From Hemiscyllium ocellatum (lineage: Eukaryota), in assembly GCF_020745735.1 (NCBI RefSeq), contig NW_026867441.1:541951-605950 (forward strand): a stretch of DNA of 64,000 bases. The letters run 5' to 3'. Shown piece after piece: positions 37,459-50,676 of this stretch; position 1 is the stretch's first letter, and each line of letters opens with the position of its first letter. The position numbers and the translations under genes were made by a program. The notes under the pieces are model-generated. The model did not search any database, was not told the DNA's origin, and saw only the letters and a list, made by a program, of their open reading frames with translations.

Positions 37459-39499
37459 GTTGGTGTGAAGTGAGGCAGTGTGTTGGAGCTTGGGCTCCTG
37501 CCTCAGGCCCAGGTGTAGGGGCCTGTTCAACAATCTGCACATTGTCCTTTTTCTCTTTCTGATCGTACTTGAATTTTCAAGTTGCAGTAACTTGCTGGCA
37601 ACAAGGTGTCTGGTCTAAAATATTCCTAGCATTGGACAGATCTCTGCTGTTTTTTTTCTCTCAGGAACCTGCTCTGTATTCAATGCCTGTTATCATTAGT
37701 TTGTTGGAGTTCATATCTCTGCTGCTTCCTTGCATAGAACTGAAAAAAAAGTCATCAATGCCTCTTGAGATTTAAATACTCCATCTTCATGAAAGTGGTT
37801 GGCAGATTTTTTAATATCATTTAACATTCCAATGATGTGAATGCGTCAGTTTTGCGTCTGGCTGGGAACATTTAATATCATGGTCTTAGTTTTTAATGGA
37901 TCCCGACTCGTGGTAATACAGTTTGCAATGGTTCTCTCCCCTTTCATGTATTAAGAAGCTTGTAATGATGACGACAGTGCAACTTCAACACTGTGTGACG
38001 GAATGGGTAGCTGTTTGAATTCTCATCTCATTATCATCCAACTTTCAAAGAAAATGTTGTAGTCTCTGAAATTAGTCAGGTTTTATGCATATTGTGTTTG
38101 TATTTTACTTTTGGAATGACAATTTGTTGTAACAATATTCTGTTCGGTTTTGTAGCTCAGCAGTTGTGTTTGTTCCCGAGATACTGAGAGTTTACACAAC
38201 ACTCCATTTGCCTGTGACCCAATTGTTGGTTGAAGCTTCTGGTTGTTCCGTGAGTCCAAGCCATTGTCTTGCTCTCTACAGTTATACCATCAACTTGGTT
38301 TCTCAGTGTGAGCCAGGAGATCACTGCGTGGTGACTTCCTGTTCCACTGTCGGGGTAAAGGCAAGTGGGAACTGTTGAGGTTAATCCCATCATGAACATC
38401 AGAACATTGTATTCAGCTGGAACTACCTCCACTGACTCATTTCTTTGGCCACCATTGCAGTAAAAGCAAATCTCTCCCTTTGCCAGCACAAAGAGAAAGT
38501 GCCTGTCAGATTCCCTCGTGTGTGATGGTTTAGCCCAATAGGAGCAACCCTAGTAAATCATGCTGTATCAGCCTGGACAGAATCCTGGGCAAACTCCAAA
38601 TGAAACCATGACCTTTAGTAGATCTGCTGCTACACAAAATATTGAATTGGAATCCTTGTTCCCGAATCACCTCGGCAAACCTAAATACAATTGAGAAAAT
38701 AAAAACCAAACCCATTTCCCAAGGGCATATGTCACAACAAGAAAGTGGGGAGCAGACAGTTACTGTTCGCCTGTCTCTGCGGAGCGTCGCTTTTCCTGTC
38801 TCCGCTCTCCTTGCAGGATATCATTTTTACCACCCTTTCTGTCTGAGAATATTACTGTTCCTGTCTCCACTCTCTTGAGGACAGGTTGGGGATGTCACAA
38901 CCAACCAGTTTGTTAGTTCCATTTACTCTCATGAAATGCGTAATCCCTGCTTCACTATGTGTGTGAGCCATGTGTGAAAACCCAGCACAGCCAACCCTTC
39001 ACTTCAATCAGATTACAGGGTCCGAGGTTGGTCTGTACTATCTGGACCCAGACAAAAACACTGACTGACTGGATCACGACCAAGATAACCCAGATCAAGT
39101 CCCAGTGAGACTGCTGTTGACTTTCACCCTCAAATCCCACTCAGGAGGTGGTCATTAATCCCAGTGTTGTCATAGATAAAGTTCTCCCAGAGGTTCATGA
39201 TTCATTCTAGATTTTACACAAGTGTGTGATGTTGTCAGGCGACAGCTGGGAGACATGGAGATAAAATATAAAAGGAGACAGAATTATATTTATGCTATAC
39301 GTTTCTTGAACTTGGGATGTTTGGAAATGTTTCACAGTCAATGGAATACTTCCAAAAACCAGACATTGTTGTGATGTGGGAACTGTGACTGCCTGGGCAA
39401 GGCAGATCTTTTCACAGCACCACCCAGAGACTGGAGGCTGCTACTGCAGGCAGGCTCCAACCAGCTCTGCTGTGAGGGAAGGACACTGGAGCACACAAG

Positions 39500-39820
39500 G
39501 ACATGGGAAATAGGAGCAGGAGGAAGCCTCCAATAGCTGTCCATCCTTTCTTAAATACAGGGACCAAAATTGCAAACAATACTCCAAATGCAGACTCACT
39601 AACACCCTCGATAGTTTTAATAGGATTTCTCTGTTTTTAAATTTCAACCCCCAGACAATAAAGGTGAAAATTCCATTTGCCTTCTCGATTCCTTGCTGCT
39701 CCTGCACTAACTGTCTGTGTTTCATGCACAATACTACCCTGATCACTCTGTACTGCACTTTGTTGGAATCTCTCACTATTTAAATAATAGTCTGCCTTTA
39801 GGTTATTCTGACCCAAGTGT
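39500..39820 (-). mobile_element. CR1-like fragment
   Basis: KFKNREILLKLSRVLVSLHLEYCLQFWSLY. Confidence 0.8.
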
Positions 39821-40009
39821 ATGGTCTCACACTTTCTGACATTAAATTCCGTCCACTGTGTATTAGTGGTTCATTTCCAGTTTGGTCTTCTCTTTGTGAT
39901 TGACTGTCTCAATGCATCTGTCTGTAGTGTGTCCCATTCCCATTTGTTGATGGCCCTGATACTTGATTGTCTAAACCTTTTCTGGTTCCATTCAGTGACA
40001 GGCAGGAGG

Positions 40010-42800
40010 TTGGAAGAACACAGCAAGGCAGGCAGCATCAGGTGATGTTTTGGGTGTAACCCTTCTTCAGGAATGAGGTTAGGTGTAGAGGAAGCAGATA
40101 AAGGGGGTAGTGGGGACAGGATGATGAAGTGGGGATAGGTGATGACAGGTAGATGGAGCCTTTCCTGAAGAAGGGCTTATGTCCGAAACGTCAAATCTCC
40201 TGTTCCCTGGATGCTGCCTGACCTGCTGCGCTTTTTCAGCAACACATTTTCAGCTCTGATCTCCAGCATCTGCAGACCTCACTTTCTCCTGGTCAATGGG
40301 AGGAATGAATCTGGTAGGTGGCAGGCAGGAGTGGAAGGGAGGGAGAGGGGCTGGGAAAGGAGTCAGGGGAAGGGAAGAGTGGTTATTTGAAATTGGAGAA
40401 CTTAATGTTGAGTCATCTGGGCTGTAGGCTGCCCAGATGGAAGATGAGGTATTGTTCCTCCAATTTGTGGTTTGGTTCATTGTGGCAATGGAGGAGGCTG
40501 ATGATGGTCATGTCGGAAAGGGAATGGGAAGGGGAATTGAAATGGGCGGGGACTGAGAGGTCTGGTCGGCCCCTGCTAGCCTGGCTGAGATGCTCGGTGA
40601 AACATCCCCTAAGATTATATTTTGTCTTCCCAATATAGAGAAGACCATATCGTGGGCACCTGATGCAGTGAAATAGTTTGGAGGAAAGGCAATGTCTCAC
40701 CTGGAAGGACTGTTTGGGGCCCTGGATGGAGGGGAAGGATTGGTGTAACAGCAGGCTTTGCATCTTTTTGCGTTGCAGGGGAAGGTTCCTGGGGGTTTAG
40801 GAGGGTAGGTGGGCAAGTGGCACAAACCACGAAATTGTCAAAGGCAACAGTCCTTGTGGAAGGCAGCCAGGGGTGGGGAGAGGAAGATGTTCTTGGTGGT
40901 CAGTCTAGTTGGAGTTGGTGGAAGCGTTTAAGGATGATGCGTTAATTGGTACAGGGATTGGTAATAGTTGAGGACAATGGGGACTCTGAGTTTATTGTGT
41001 TTGGAGGGGGGTGGGTTCAGAGCAATGGAACGGGAAATGGAGGTAGTGCAGTGGATGACAGAAGGATGACAGAAGGAGGAAAAGCATGTTGTTCATAAGA
41101 GGTGGACATCTGTGATCAGCGAAATGTCTCCTCATCCGAGCAGATGGAGTGGAGGCAGAGGAATTGGGAGAATGGGATGGAGTTCTTGCAGGAGACTGGT
41201 TGGGAGAAGGTGTAGCCCAGGTAGGATTGGGAGTCAGTGGGTGTGTATTAACTGCCTGTTTGAAGATTATCGCCAGAATTGGAAATGGAGAGGTGAAGAA
41301 AAGGCAGGGAGGTGTCTGAGATGGATGAAGTGAAGTAGAGGACAAGGTGGAAGTTGTGGGGAAAGTCAATGAACTGCTCCAGTTCAGCCTGGATGCAGGA
41401 TGCTGCACCGATATAGTCACTGATGTAATGGCACAGTGCCTGTATAGTCACTGAAGAGGGACTGGTCGACATTGCTCAACCGGGTGCCCATGGCCACCCC
41501 CTGGACCAGTTTGACAAGGCGGAGGAGGGTATTGGTGGACCGGGATTGGATGGGTCTGTGGCAGTGGGAAAGGTGTTGGGCCTGGAGGCCATCCTTGTGG
41601 GGTATGGACATATGTAAGGACTGCACATCCATCATGGAGATAAAGCACTTAGGGCTGAGGAACTGGAGGTTACTGAAGAGATGGAAGGCATGGTTGGTGT
41701 AGCCGATGTAGGTGGGCAGTGCCTGAACCAAGGAGGAGAGTTGAGGTAGGATGAGAGGAGTTCGGTGGGGCAGGGGCATGCTGAGACGATGGGTCAACCA
41801 GGTAGTTGGGCTTGTGGATTTTGGGGAGCAGGGAGAACTGGGCAATGCAGGGCTGAGGGACTATGAGAGACAGTGGAGGGGAGATCACTGGAGGCAATGA
41901 GGTCACTGACAGTGTGAGTGATTTTGGCCTGATGGGTCACAGCGGGGTTATGGGCAAGGGGGAGGTAGAACGTGGTGTCTAAGAGTTGGGGTTCAGCCTC
42001 TGTGACTTTTAGGTCTGTTCTCCAGACTAACACCACGCCACATTTGTCAGCGGGTTTGTTGGTGAAACAGGGGTTGGCACAGAGAGAGTGGAGTGCTCGA
42101 TCAGAGGGGGTGTGGTTGGAATGGGTGGGGGGAGAAATCCAGGCGGGTGATGGCACATCAACAGTCAGCAATGAAGAGGTCTCGAGTGTGTACACGGCTG
42201 GTGGTGGGGGGTGTGGGGGGGAGGGTGACCAAATGTAGGAGTAAGGTTGGAGATGGGAGGAGGGTTCCTCAGAGGGAGTTTGGGAGTTTTTGTTAAAGAA
42301 GAAGATACGAAGGTAGAGGCGGCGGAAGAAGAGCTCCACGTGGTGGTGGGTGTGGATTTCATTGAGGTGGGGTCGGGCGGGAATGACTGTGAGCCCTTTC
42401 CTGAGGATGGATCTTTTGGCCTCAGACAGTTTGAGGTCAGGGCGGTATAGTAAATATGGGGCAAAGCTCAGGGTTGAGGTTTTCGGGGGGGGGGGCCCAA
42501 GTTGGCTGAAGGAGGGGAGGGGGGAAGGGTGATGGCATGCAGTGGGTGAGGGTTGGTTGTGGTGTAGCACGGGGGAATGGGTGTTGGAGAGAAAGGAGAT
42601 TGGGGCGGAGGTGGGCTGTGGAGTGAGGTGGGGGAGTGGGAAGGTGGGGATGAGGTGAAGAGGGAGAAGTGGAGGGATAGGGTGCATTGAGGGGGTGGAT
42701 GGGTGAGGAGGGAGAGCGAGTGTGCTGGCTGGCTGCAGGTAGGCAGTTGGACTCAGGGTGACTGTGGGAAATGCAGTCTGAGTCTTGGTTGCAGAGTGGG
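40010..42800 (-). mobile_element. Penelope-like retrotransposon, degraded RT plus GIY-YIG
   Basis: ILRKGLTVIP, LLPKIHKP, DVQSLHMSIPH, QGVAMGTR and HCIRCPRYGLLYIGKTK..EHL. pLTR tail at ~40010-40270. Confidence 0.88.
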
Positions 42801-42849
42801 AGGGGCCTGAATTGTAGGCAGAGGTTGGAGCGAAGTCAAGGCCAGTCTG

Positions 42850-43140
42850 AGTGTTTTGACTCAGGTTCAATTCCAGCCTCAGGCAAATGTCTGTGTGGAG
42901 TGTGTACATTCTCCAAATGTCTGCGTAGGTTTCCTCTGGGTGCTCTGGTTTCCTCCCACATTCTAAAGACATGCAGGTTAAGTGAATTGGCTGTGCTATG
43001 TTGCCCATAGTGATCAGGGATGTGTAGGTTAGGTTCATTAGTCAGGGCAAAAGTAGAGTAATGGGATAGGAGATTGGGTCTTGGGTGGGTTACTCTTCCA
43101 AGGATAAGTGTGGACTTGTTGGGCCAAACGGCCTTCCCAC
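42850..43140 (+). mobile_element. HE1-like SINE (5'-truncated)
   Basis: Matches the SINE body at 52315-52636. Confidence 0.8.
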
Positions 43141-44534
43141 CACCCGCTGAGTGAAAACATTCTTCCCCAAATCTTATTTGTGGTGCCCATGATGAAATAT
43201 TTCAAACCATTCATTTTGTCTCGTGTCGTTTAGCTCTTGGGCTCCTTGTTCAATAAATGGTTTATTCTTTTTGATAAAATATGAGTTCCCTGACAGGGAC
43301 AGTTAACTTTGTCCAATCAAGGAGTCCTGGCGGACAGATAAAAAGAGGAGTGTCTTAATCCCTGCCCTCCCCTTCACTGTTTGATCACACAACATTGCCC
43401 TTTGATGTGAAGTGCACTGCTTGTCACTGGCCACGCGGGTGTTTTCCTATCTTCCTGGTGGTGGAAATTGAATAAAGATTCGGGCGCTTTGTGTCTCTCA
43501 CTGTGTCTCACACCTACACACACACACACCATGGGTGCTGGGGAAAAAAATAAGCTCCCCTGCATTCGGCGGCAGTGTGGGGGTGAAATAAAACAGGCAT
43601 GTTAGGGGTTCTGAACATTCTGAGAGCTGGCTCTGAGGGAGCTGGATCAGTGTCAAGGACTCTCCACATGTAAGTAAGAAAAAAAGAAGAAAAAAAGAAA
43701 AAAGAGGAGTGTCAGAAGGACTGAAACTCTGGTACCTGACTCTGAATAACAACCTGCCAACCAACCCCCTCCTTCTGTCACCCTCAATCTCCCCATGCTT
43801 ACTCTTGTTTCACCTTCGATCCAGCCTGTGCTGCCTTTGGGAGAGGTTGGCCTTCCCTCCATCACCCAGGAATGTGGTCATTATCCCAGAGCAGTCACAC
43901 TTTTAACCTGAGGGTCAACACAGCTGTAGCAGGGGGAGAGAAGGTGGCACCTTCATGGTGGTCATACCTGTCATTAATCCACCACAACCTCTCTTGGGGC
44001 TGTATGAATTCAACCTCCCTCCCTCAGACAGCTCCCCTCCCTGGAAGGTAATATTGCTGCACCTAGTTTTGGGTTAATTAACCACTGAAATATGACTATG
44101 GGGAGCCAGCATTGGCTGGGCAGGCAGCCACAACTCCTCTGGCCCTGGATTCAAAAAATCTCCTCGGAATTGATCAACACATTTGGGAGCACAGTGCCCA
44201 CTGCCTCTGAAATCCCTCCCTTCCTGAGAATACACTCTCAGTATTCACCTTTTACAGCTGCTATCTGAATTTGCTATAAATTCTGTGCCCAATGATCCTG
44301 CCCTTCCAGCTACCTAATGAAGGGGCAGCACTCCGAATGCTTTTACTTCCAAATAAACCTGTTGACTATTATCTGGTGTTGTGTGTTTTTTAACTTTGGC
44401 CATCTGAATGAGCTGCCATCTCAGACTGAATCAGCTGAGCTGTTTTTCACTCATGATTTGAGAAGATTAAAGCCAAATCTTCAATCCCCAGCACAAAGCC
44501 CATTCTCAATCCATCGCTCGGAGACACAGACCTC

Positions 44535-44850
44535 AGAGACACCTACAGGCAGCACAGAGTAACACACTCACACTGAGAGAGACACCTACAGGCAGCACAG
44601 AGTAACACACTCACATTGAGAGAGACACCTACAGGCAGCACAGAGTAACACACACACACTGAGAGAGACACCTTCAGGCAGCACTAAGTAACACACTCAC
44701 ACTCCATGCTGCGGATAGGTGTCTCACCGAATGTGGGTGTGTTACTGAGCGCTGTCTGTGGTGTGTCTCTGAGTAACACAGCCACACTCAGAGAGACATC
44801 TACAGGCAGTATTGAGTTAAACACTCACACTCAGAGAGGCACACAGCCAA
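44535..44850. repeat. 43-bp tandem repeat with one inverted segment
   Basis: The ACCT anchor of the unit ACCTACAGGCAGCACAGAGTAACACACTCACACTGAGAGAGAC falls at 44541, 44584, 44627 and 44670. A reverse-complement segment lies at ~44706-44775, then direct copies resume. Confidence 0.85.
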
Positions 44851-45706
44851 CAATGTCTGTGATTGGCCGAAGATTATTTCAGGGGCTATCCGACATGCAG
44901 CAGAGATTGCACAGTTCGATCCCATCAGCTGGGCATGTACCAACAGAGTGAAGAGGGAATGCATCAGATTGCACTTACTGAGTCCCAACAACTTTCAGTT
45001 TCTGTTCTTTTTGGAATCTACATAAATTCCTGATTAAAGGGATCATTTGAAAATGATTGATGATTGATGATTGTAATTGATTGACAGGCCAAGTAACCAA
45101 TTGTGACAATGACCTGCTGAAATACAGCCAATCAACTGAGAGATGGGGGGAGGAGAAAGTCAGTTATTTCCAAAGCACACGGAGACAGAGACTGAATTTT
45201 CACCTTTATTCCCTTTTCCACATTCACATTGACAGAAAAAGAAACAACTGCAATTAACAGCCAAGACAGAGGAAGCTGCTCAAATTCATAGCCACAATGG
45301 AGCTTGAGGAAAACACTTGGAGAGATTTTCTCAATAACATGAGAATCCTGTCCCTTTAAACAGTGACAAAACCTTAAACTGGAACTGGCAGCTGAGCAGG
45401 AAGGAGATCTGGTTTACTGAAGCAGAGACTTCTGAGGTTCACATTGTTTTGTGCAGCTAACATAACAAGGCAATCCTGTCCCCATCAAACATTCCCAGGA
45501 CAAGGACAGCATGGGGTTTGACACAGTGTAAAGCTCTCTTGACACTGTCGCGATGACCTGCTTTAATATCCAAACCTCAGAAGTTTCTCTGAGCAATCCT
45601 GAGAAGGAAGAGAGTTGAAATTCAGTGCTGACAATGACCTTTGTCCTGCCAGCTCAGCCCTGTTCTGTTTAAAGTTGTGTCTCCTCTGTGGACTGTCTCC
45701 AACACT

Positions 45707-46035
45707 CTACACACATTCTGATCTCCTGATGCTCTTGCTGAGGGGAGAGGGGAGGGTCACGTGGGTGAGGGCACAGGAGAAGCGAGCGTCGGACTCCCAG
45801 TCAGACCCAGAGAGGGTCAGCAGGCTGCTGACACTGTAGGTGCTGTCTGAAGCTCGCAGGTAGTTGCTGGTCTGAACCCCGTCCGAAATGACTGCACCGT
45901 CCTTCTTCCACTGCACCTCCAGCTCATCGGGATAGAAGTGATTGGCAAGGCACACCAGGGTGGCAGTGCCCTTGGCATTGACCTGCTCCGGGGAGGGGGG
46001 CAGCAAGGTCAGCTTGGGCTGAGAGTTCTCACGGC
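45707..46035 (-). CDS. IGKC: Ig kappa (shark type III/NS4) constant exon
   Basis: Acceptor tctttcag| is followed by (S)RENSQPKLTLLPPSPEQVNAKGTATLVCLANHFYPDELEVQWKKDG...FSCALTHVTLPSPLSKSIRRSECV*. Both domain cysteines, the Trp and the penultimate Cys are intact, and the exon is in phase with J. Confidence 0.97.
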
Positions 46036-48589
46036 CTGAAAGACAAGAGAAACAATTTTAATTCCTGCCACTGGAAGGGAATTCAACCATAATCTGGCCA
46101 TACAATCTTTTTGAACATTTGTCGTCAATACAGAATAAACCCAACAAATGACCAAGCATTGTTCACATTGCTTCTTGGGATGTGGGTGTCACTGGCAGGG
46201 CCAACATTTATTACCCATCCCTAATTGCCCCTGAGAAGGTGATGGTGAAGTAGCATAGAGAGAAGGGACAGTTTCTGGGCAGCTGGAAGGGCTGTCAATG
46301 GGGGAGCATTTTCGTGACAGTGATCAGAACTCAGTGAGATTGAGAGTAGGGATGGAAATGGAGAACCATGGAGCAAGTGTAAAAGTTTTCATTTTACTAA
46401 ACTGTGTGGTGCTTTGGTAAAAGTGGATCGGAACCAATGGCATGATGGGAAATCAGTGTCAGGGCAGTAGGAGCCCTCGAAGGATGAGACAGACTGTTCA
46501 GAATCTGGTCCCACAATTAGTAAGGGTGTGGCTTCCAGATCTAGACCAAATGAACAAGAGGATTGGGGTTCACATACTGACATGGATTGGGAACTGGTTG
46601 GCAGACAGGACAGAAAGAATGAGTCTTTTTCTGAATGACAGGTAGTTACACAGTGGTCAGTCCTTGGTACTCAGTTATTCTTAAAGTATAATAATAGAAT
46701 CATCGAGTCAGAGAGACCCAAAAGGCCCATCAGCCCATTGTGTCCATACTGGTCAAAAAACAACAACCCAATAATTCTCATCCATTTTACCAGCATGAGG
46801 GAATTAGATGCGGTATGTGTTCAATAAGGAATTAGATGTAGTTCTTCGGATGAAAGGGATCAAAGAATGTGGGGAGAAAGCAGGAACAGGGGACTGTGTT
46901 GGATAATCAGCCATGATCATAATGAATGGTGGAGCAGGCTCGGGGGCCAAATGGCCTACGGTTGCTCGTAGTTTGGATGTTTCTATCTGTATCTCAGATA
47001 ATGAAGGAATTTGAAACTGCAAGTCATGTGGAGATGGAAGATTTGGCCATGGTGTTTAATGCAGGTCAGTGAGGTGGTAAGAAGACACATGGGATAAACT
47101 GTTCTTCATTTTCCCTTGATGGAATGAGGGCAATTGCTGGATCGGCAGCATTTATTGTCCATCGCTAATCACCCAAAGGGCAGTTTAGAGTCAACCACAT
47201 TGCTGTGGGTCTGGGGTCACATGGTAAGGATGGCAGTTTCTTTCCCGAAAGGACATTAGGGAATCAGATGGCGTTTTCCTGACAATCAAAGATGGTTTCA
47301 TGGTCGTCATTAGACTTAATTCCAGATTTTTTTTGATTGAATTTGAATGCCACCATCTGCTGGATTCTAACCCTGGTCCCCAGAACATTATCTGGATCTC
47401 TGGATTAACAGCTCAGCAATAACACCATTAGACCATCACCTCCCTTATCTCATTTTTGGTTGACTGTGAAAGCAAGGAGTTTGTTTATTCTGGAACTGTA
47501 TAAAACCCCAGTTAGAGCACAGTGAGAGAACAGTGTACGGTTCTGGTCACCACATTATAGGAAGGATGTGATCCCACAGGAGACCAGGACAGAGGAAGAG
47601 TTTGTCTGGAATGGGAACTTTGAGTTTTGAGGAATGTTTGGATTGGCTGGGAGTGTTTTTGTTGGAACACAGGAGGCTGAGGGGAGATTTGATGGTGGTG
47701 TGTAAAATGATGAGGGGCCTGGACAGAGTGGGTAGGAAGGACTGATTTCCACCAGCACAGAGGGCAATAACCATGGGGAGAGATTGAAATCAGTTGGGGG
47801 CAGGATTATAGGGGAGTTGAGGGTATTTGTTTTCACCCAGAGCTTGGTGGGATGTGGGACTCACAGCCTGAAAGGGTGGGAGAGGCAGAAACCCTCATCA
47901 CTTTGAAAAAAACACTTGGGTATTCACTTCAAACAGTGAAACCTCCAGAGCTATGGAGCAAGAGCTGGAAAGTGGGACGGATCTTGATACTTCTTTAACA
48001 AACCTCCGATCACCCACAGATCAGGAGAAATTTATCCGAGAACTTTGGAGCAGACTCGGATCCACACACTTCGGGAATGAGTCACATTGGGGTGTCTGTG
48101 TAGAAGGTTCTAGATTACATTTCAAACCTTGCTGCACACTGCTGGGCTGAGGTCAAGGGTGAGGCTGCAAAGAGTCTCAGTGTCCTTTGGGTCACTGCTC
48201 CTAATGACCCCATGCCCCCGGAAGGTGAGAGTGCACAGACAATGGGTGAGTGTTCGGATCAGGAGACTTCAAACTTAAAGAAAGACTTGCATTTGTGAAG
48301 CACCTGTCCCCAAATCAAGATGTCCCAATGGATCTTTCCTGCAGACTGTGCACAGCGAGATCCCAAACACAATATGATAAAAAGAAGAGAAACAGATTTT
48401 CATTGATTTTGACTGGGGGATAAATATTGATTAGGGACACCAGGGGGAACTGCCTGCTCTTCATCCAAAAGTCCATGGAATGGCATCTTTCACAACTGGA
48501 AGACTCTCAGTTCATCCAAAAAAAAAGAATACTTCACTGGAAGTGAGGTTGCAGGTAGGTGGGGGGGGTGGGGGGGGGGGGTGACAATG

Positions 48590-49110
48590 TCATTTGGTTT
48601 GCTTTCTTTTATTGGTCAGTGCATTGAGTATTGGAGTTGGGAGCTCTTGTGGCTGACAGACATTGGTTAGGGCACTTTTGGAATACTGTGTGTAATTCTG
48701 GTCTCCCTGCTGGAGGAAAAATGTTGTGAACCTTAAAATGGTTCAGAAAAGATTTACAAGGATGTTGCCAAGGTTGGAGGGTTTGAGCTATCGGGAGAGG
48801 CTGAATAGGCTGAGGCTGTTTTCCCTGGATCATTGCAGGTTGATGGGTGACCGGATGGAGGTTTATAAAATCATGAGCAGCATAGATAGGGTGAATAGAG
48901 AAGATCTTTTCTCCAGAGTGGGGGAGTCCAGAACTGGAGGGCATAGGTTGAAGGTGACAGGGGAAAGATTTAAAAGGGACCTAAAGAACAACGTTTTCAT
49001 TCAGATGGTGTTAAATGTATGAAATGGGCTGCCAGAAGAAGTGGTGAAGGCTGGTATGATTAAAACATTTAAAAGGCATGGATATGTAAATCAGAAAAGT
49101 TTAGAGCATA
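48590..49110 (+). mobile_element. CR1-like LINE 3' fragment
   Basis: VQKRFTRMLPRLEGLSYRERLNRLRLFSL. Confidence 0.88.
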
Positions 49111-49249
49111 TGGGCATCAATCCAGCCCTTAACATTTCAGGCTCTTCCAAAGACATTTACAGACAGTTTTGTTTGACAAGGAGTCACTGTTGCAATGTCA
49201 GGAAGGTGGCAGCCAGTTTCTACACAGCAGGATCCAAGTAGAAGCAAGA

Positions 49250-49597
49250 GATCAAAGAGCAATAATGAGAAATATTGGCCTGATTAGATTCCCTCCAGTG
49301 TGGAAACAGGCAGTTCAGCCTGACAAGTCCACACCAACTCTCCAAACAGCAGCCCACCCAGAAACATTCCATACATTTACACCTGACTATTTCATCTAAC
49401 ACTGTAGGCAATTTAGAATGGCCAATTCACCTGGCCTGCACATCTTTGGACAGTGGGAGTAAACCAGAGCACCTGGGGGAAACCCACACAGACACAGGGA
49501 CAATGTGCAAACACCACACAGACAGTTTCCCAAGGCAGGAATTGAACCCGTATCCTTGGCGCTGTGAGGTAGCGGTGCTAACCACTGAGCCACCATG
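49250..49597 (-). mobile_element. HE1-like SINE
   Basis: tRNA-like head GGCATGGTGGCTCAGTGGTTAGCACC and the standard body. Confidence 0.8.
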
Positions 49598-50383
49598 CCT
49601 GAGGTCAATCGACACATAAAGTAATTTGGTTCAGTTGGATGGAAAATGAGAAAACAGAAGGTGAAGGAGAAGGTCGATTGTTGGTTAGTGGTGGGATTGA
49701 TTGTTACCAGAAAATAAAAGATGGGGACGGATTTTTTGAATATCAAAGGAACTAAAGAAGTGCAGGGAAAATCAATAATAAAATAAATTTAAAGAGTTTG
49801 TAACTAAATGCACAAAGCATTCCGAATAAGGTAGACAAAGTGACGCAATAAATCAAGGTAAATTGAGTGTCCAAGGAATTAAACTAGTTAAAGTGGAGGA
49901 GGGCTCAGGAGAGGTTATTCAAGTTTCTAGAAGACAACCTAGGACAGAGAGTACAGAAAGGAACAAGAGTCGAACTTCAAGCACAGTAGATAAGAGGACA
50001 ATGATGAGAAGGAGGGCAGTCAATGCAGGACTGAGGGTGTTGTACTTAAATGCACACAGTATACACAATGAGCTTGTAGTGCAGATTGAAACTGGTAGGT
50101 ACGATGTTGTGGGTATCACAGAGACATGGCTGTAAGGGGGTCTGGGCTGGGAACTAAATATCCAAGGATCCATGTCCTATCAAAAGGACAGGCAGATGGG
50201 CAGAGGGGCAAGAGTTGCCTTGTTAGTGTGAAATAAAATTCAATCAATAGCAAGAAGTCAGAAGGTGTAGAATCTGTGTGGGTAGAGCTGAGGAACCACA
50301 ATAAAGAATCTGATGCAAGTTATGTCCAGGTCTCCAAGCAGTAATCAGGGTGTGGGGAAGGAAATCAATCAGGAGACAGAAAA

Positions 50384-50676
50384 TTAGATTAGATTACTTA
50401 CAGTGTGGAAGCAGGCTGTTCAGCCCAACAAGTCCACACCGACCCACTGAAGCGCAACCCACCCATACCCCTACATTTACCCCTTACCTAACACTACGGG
50501 CAATTTAGCATGTCCAATTCACCTGACCTGCACATCTTTGGACTGAGGGAGGAAACCCACGCAGACATGGGGAGAACGAGCAAACTCCACGCAGTCAGTC
50601 GCCTGAGATAGGAATTGAACCTGGGTCTCAGGCGCTGTGAGGCAGCAGTGCTAACCACTGTGCCACCATGCCGCCC
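50384..50676 (-). mobile_element. HE1-like SINE, near full length
   Basis: (AATCT)n tail and tRNA-like head. Flanked by AGAAA. Confidence 0.9.

Larger units (their letters stand above)
33725..38030 (+). repeat. Right arm of the inverted segmental duplication
   Basis: See the left arm. This arm contains different SINE/LINE insertions. Confidence 0.85.

Noticed and set aside
41794-43038. 414-aa ORF
   Set aside because: It is a chimera of an antisense SINE and a degraded Penelope 5' region, not a host gene.
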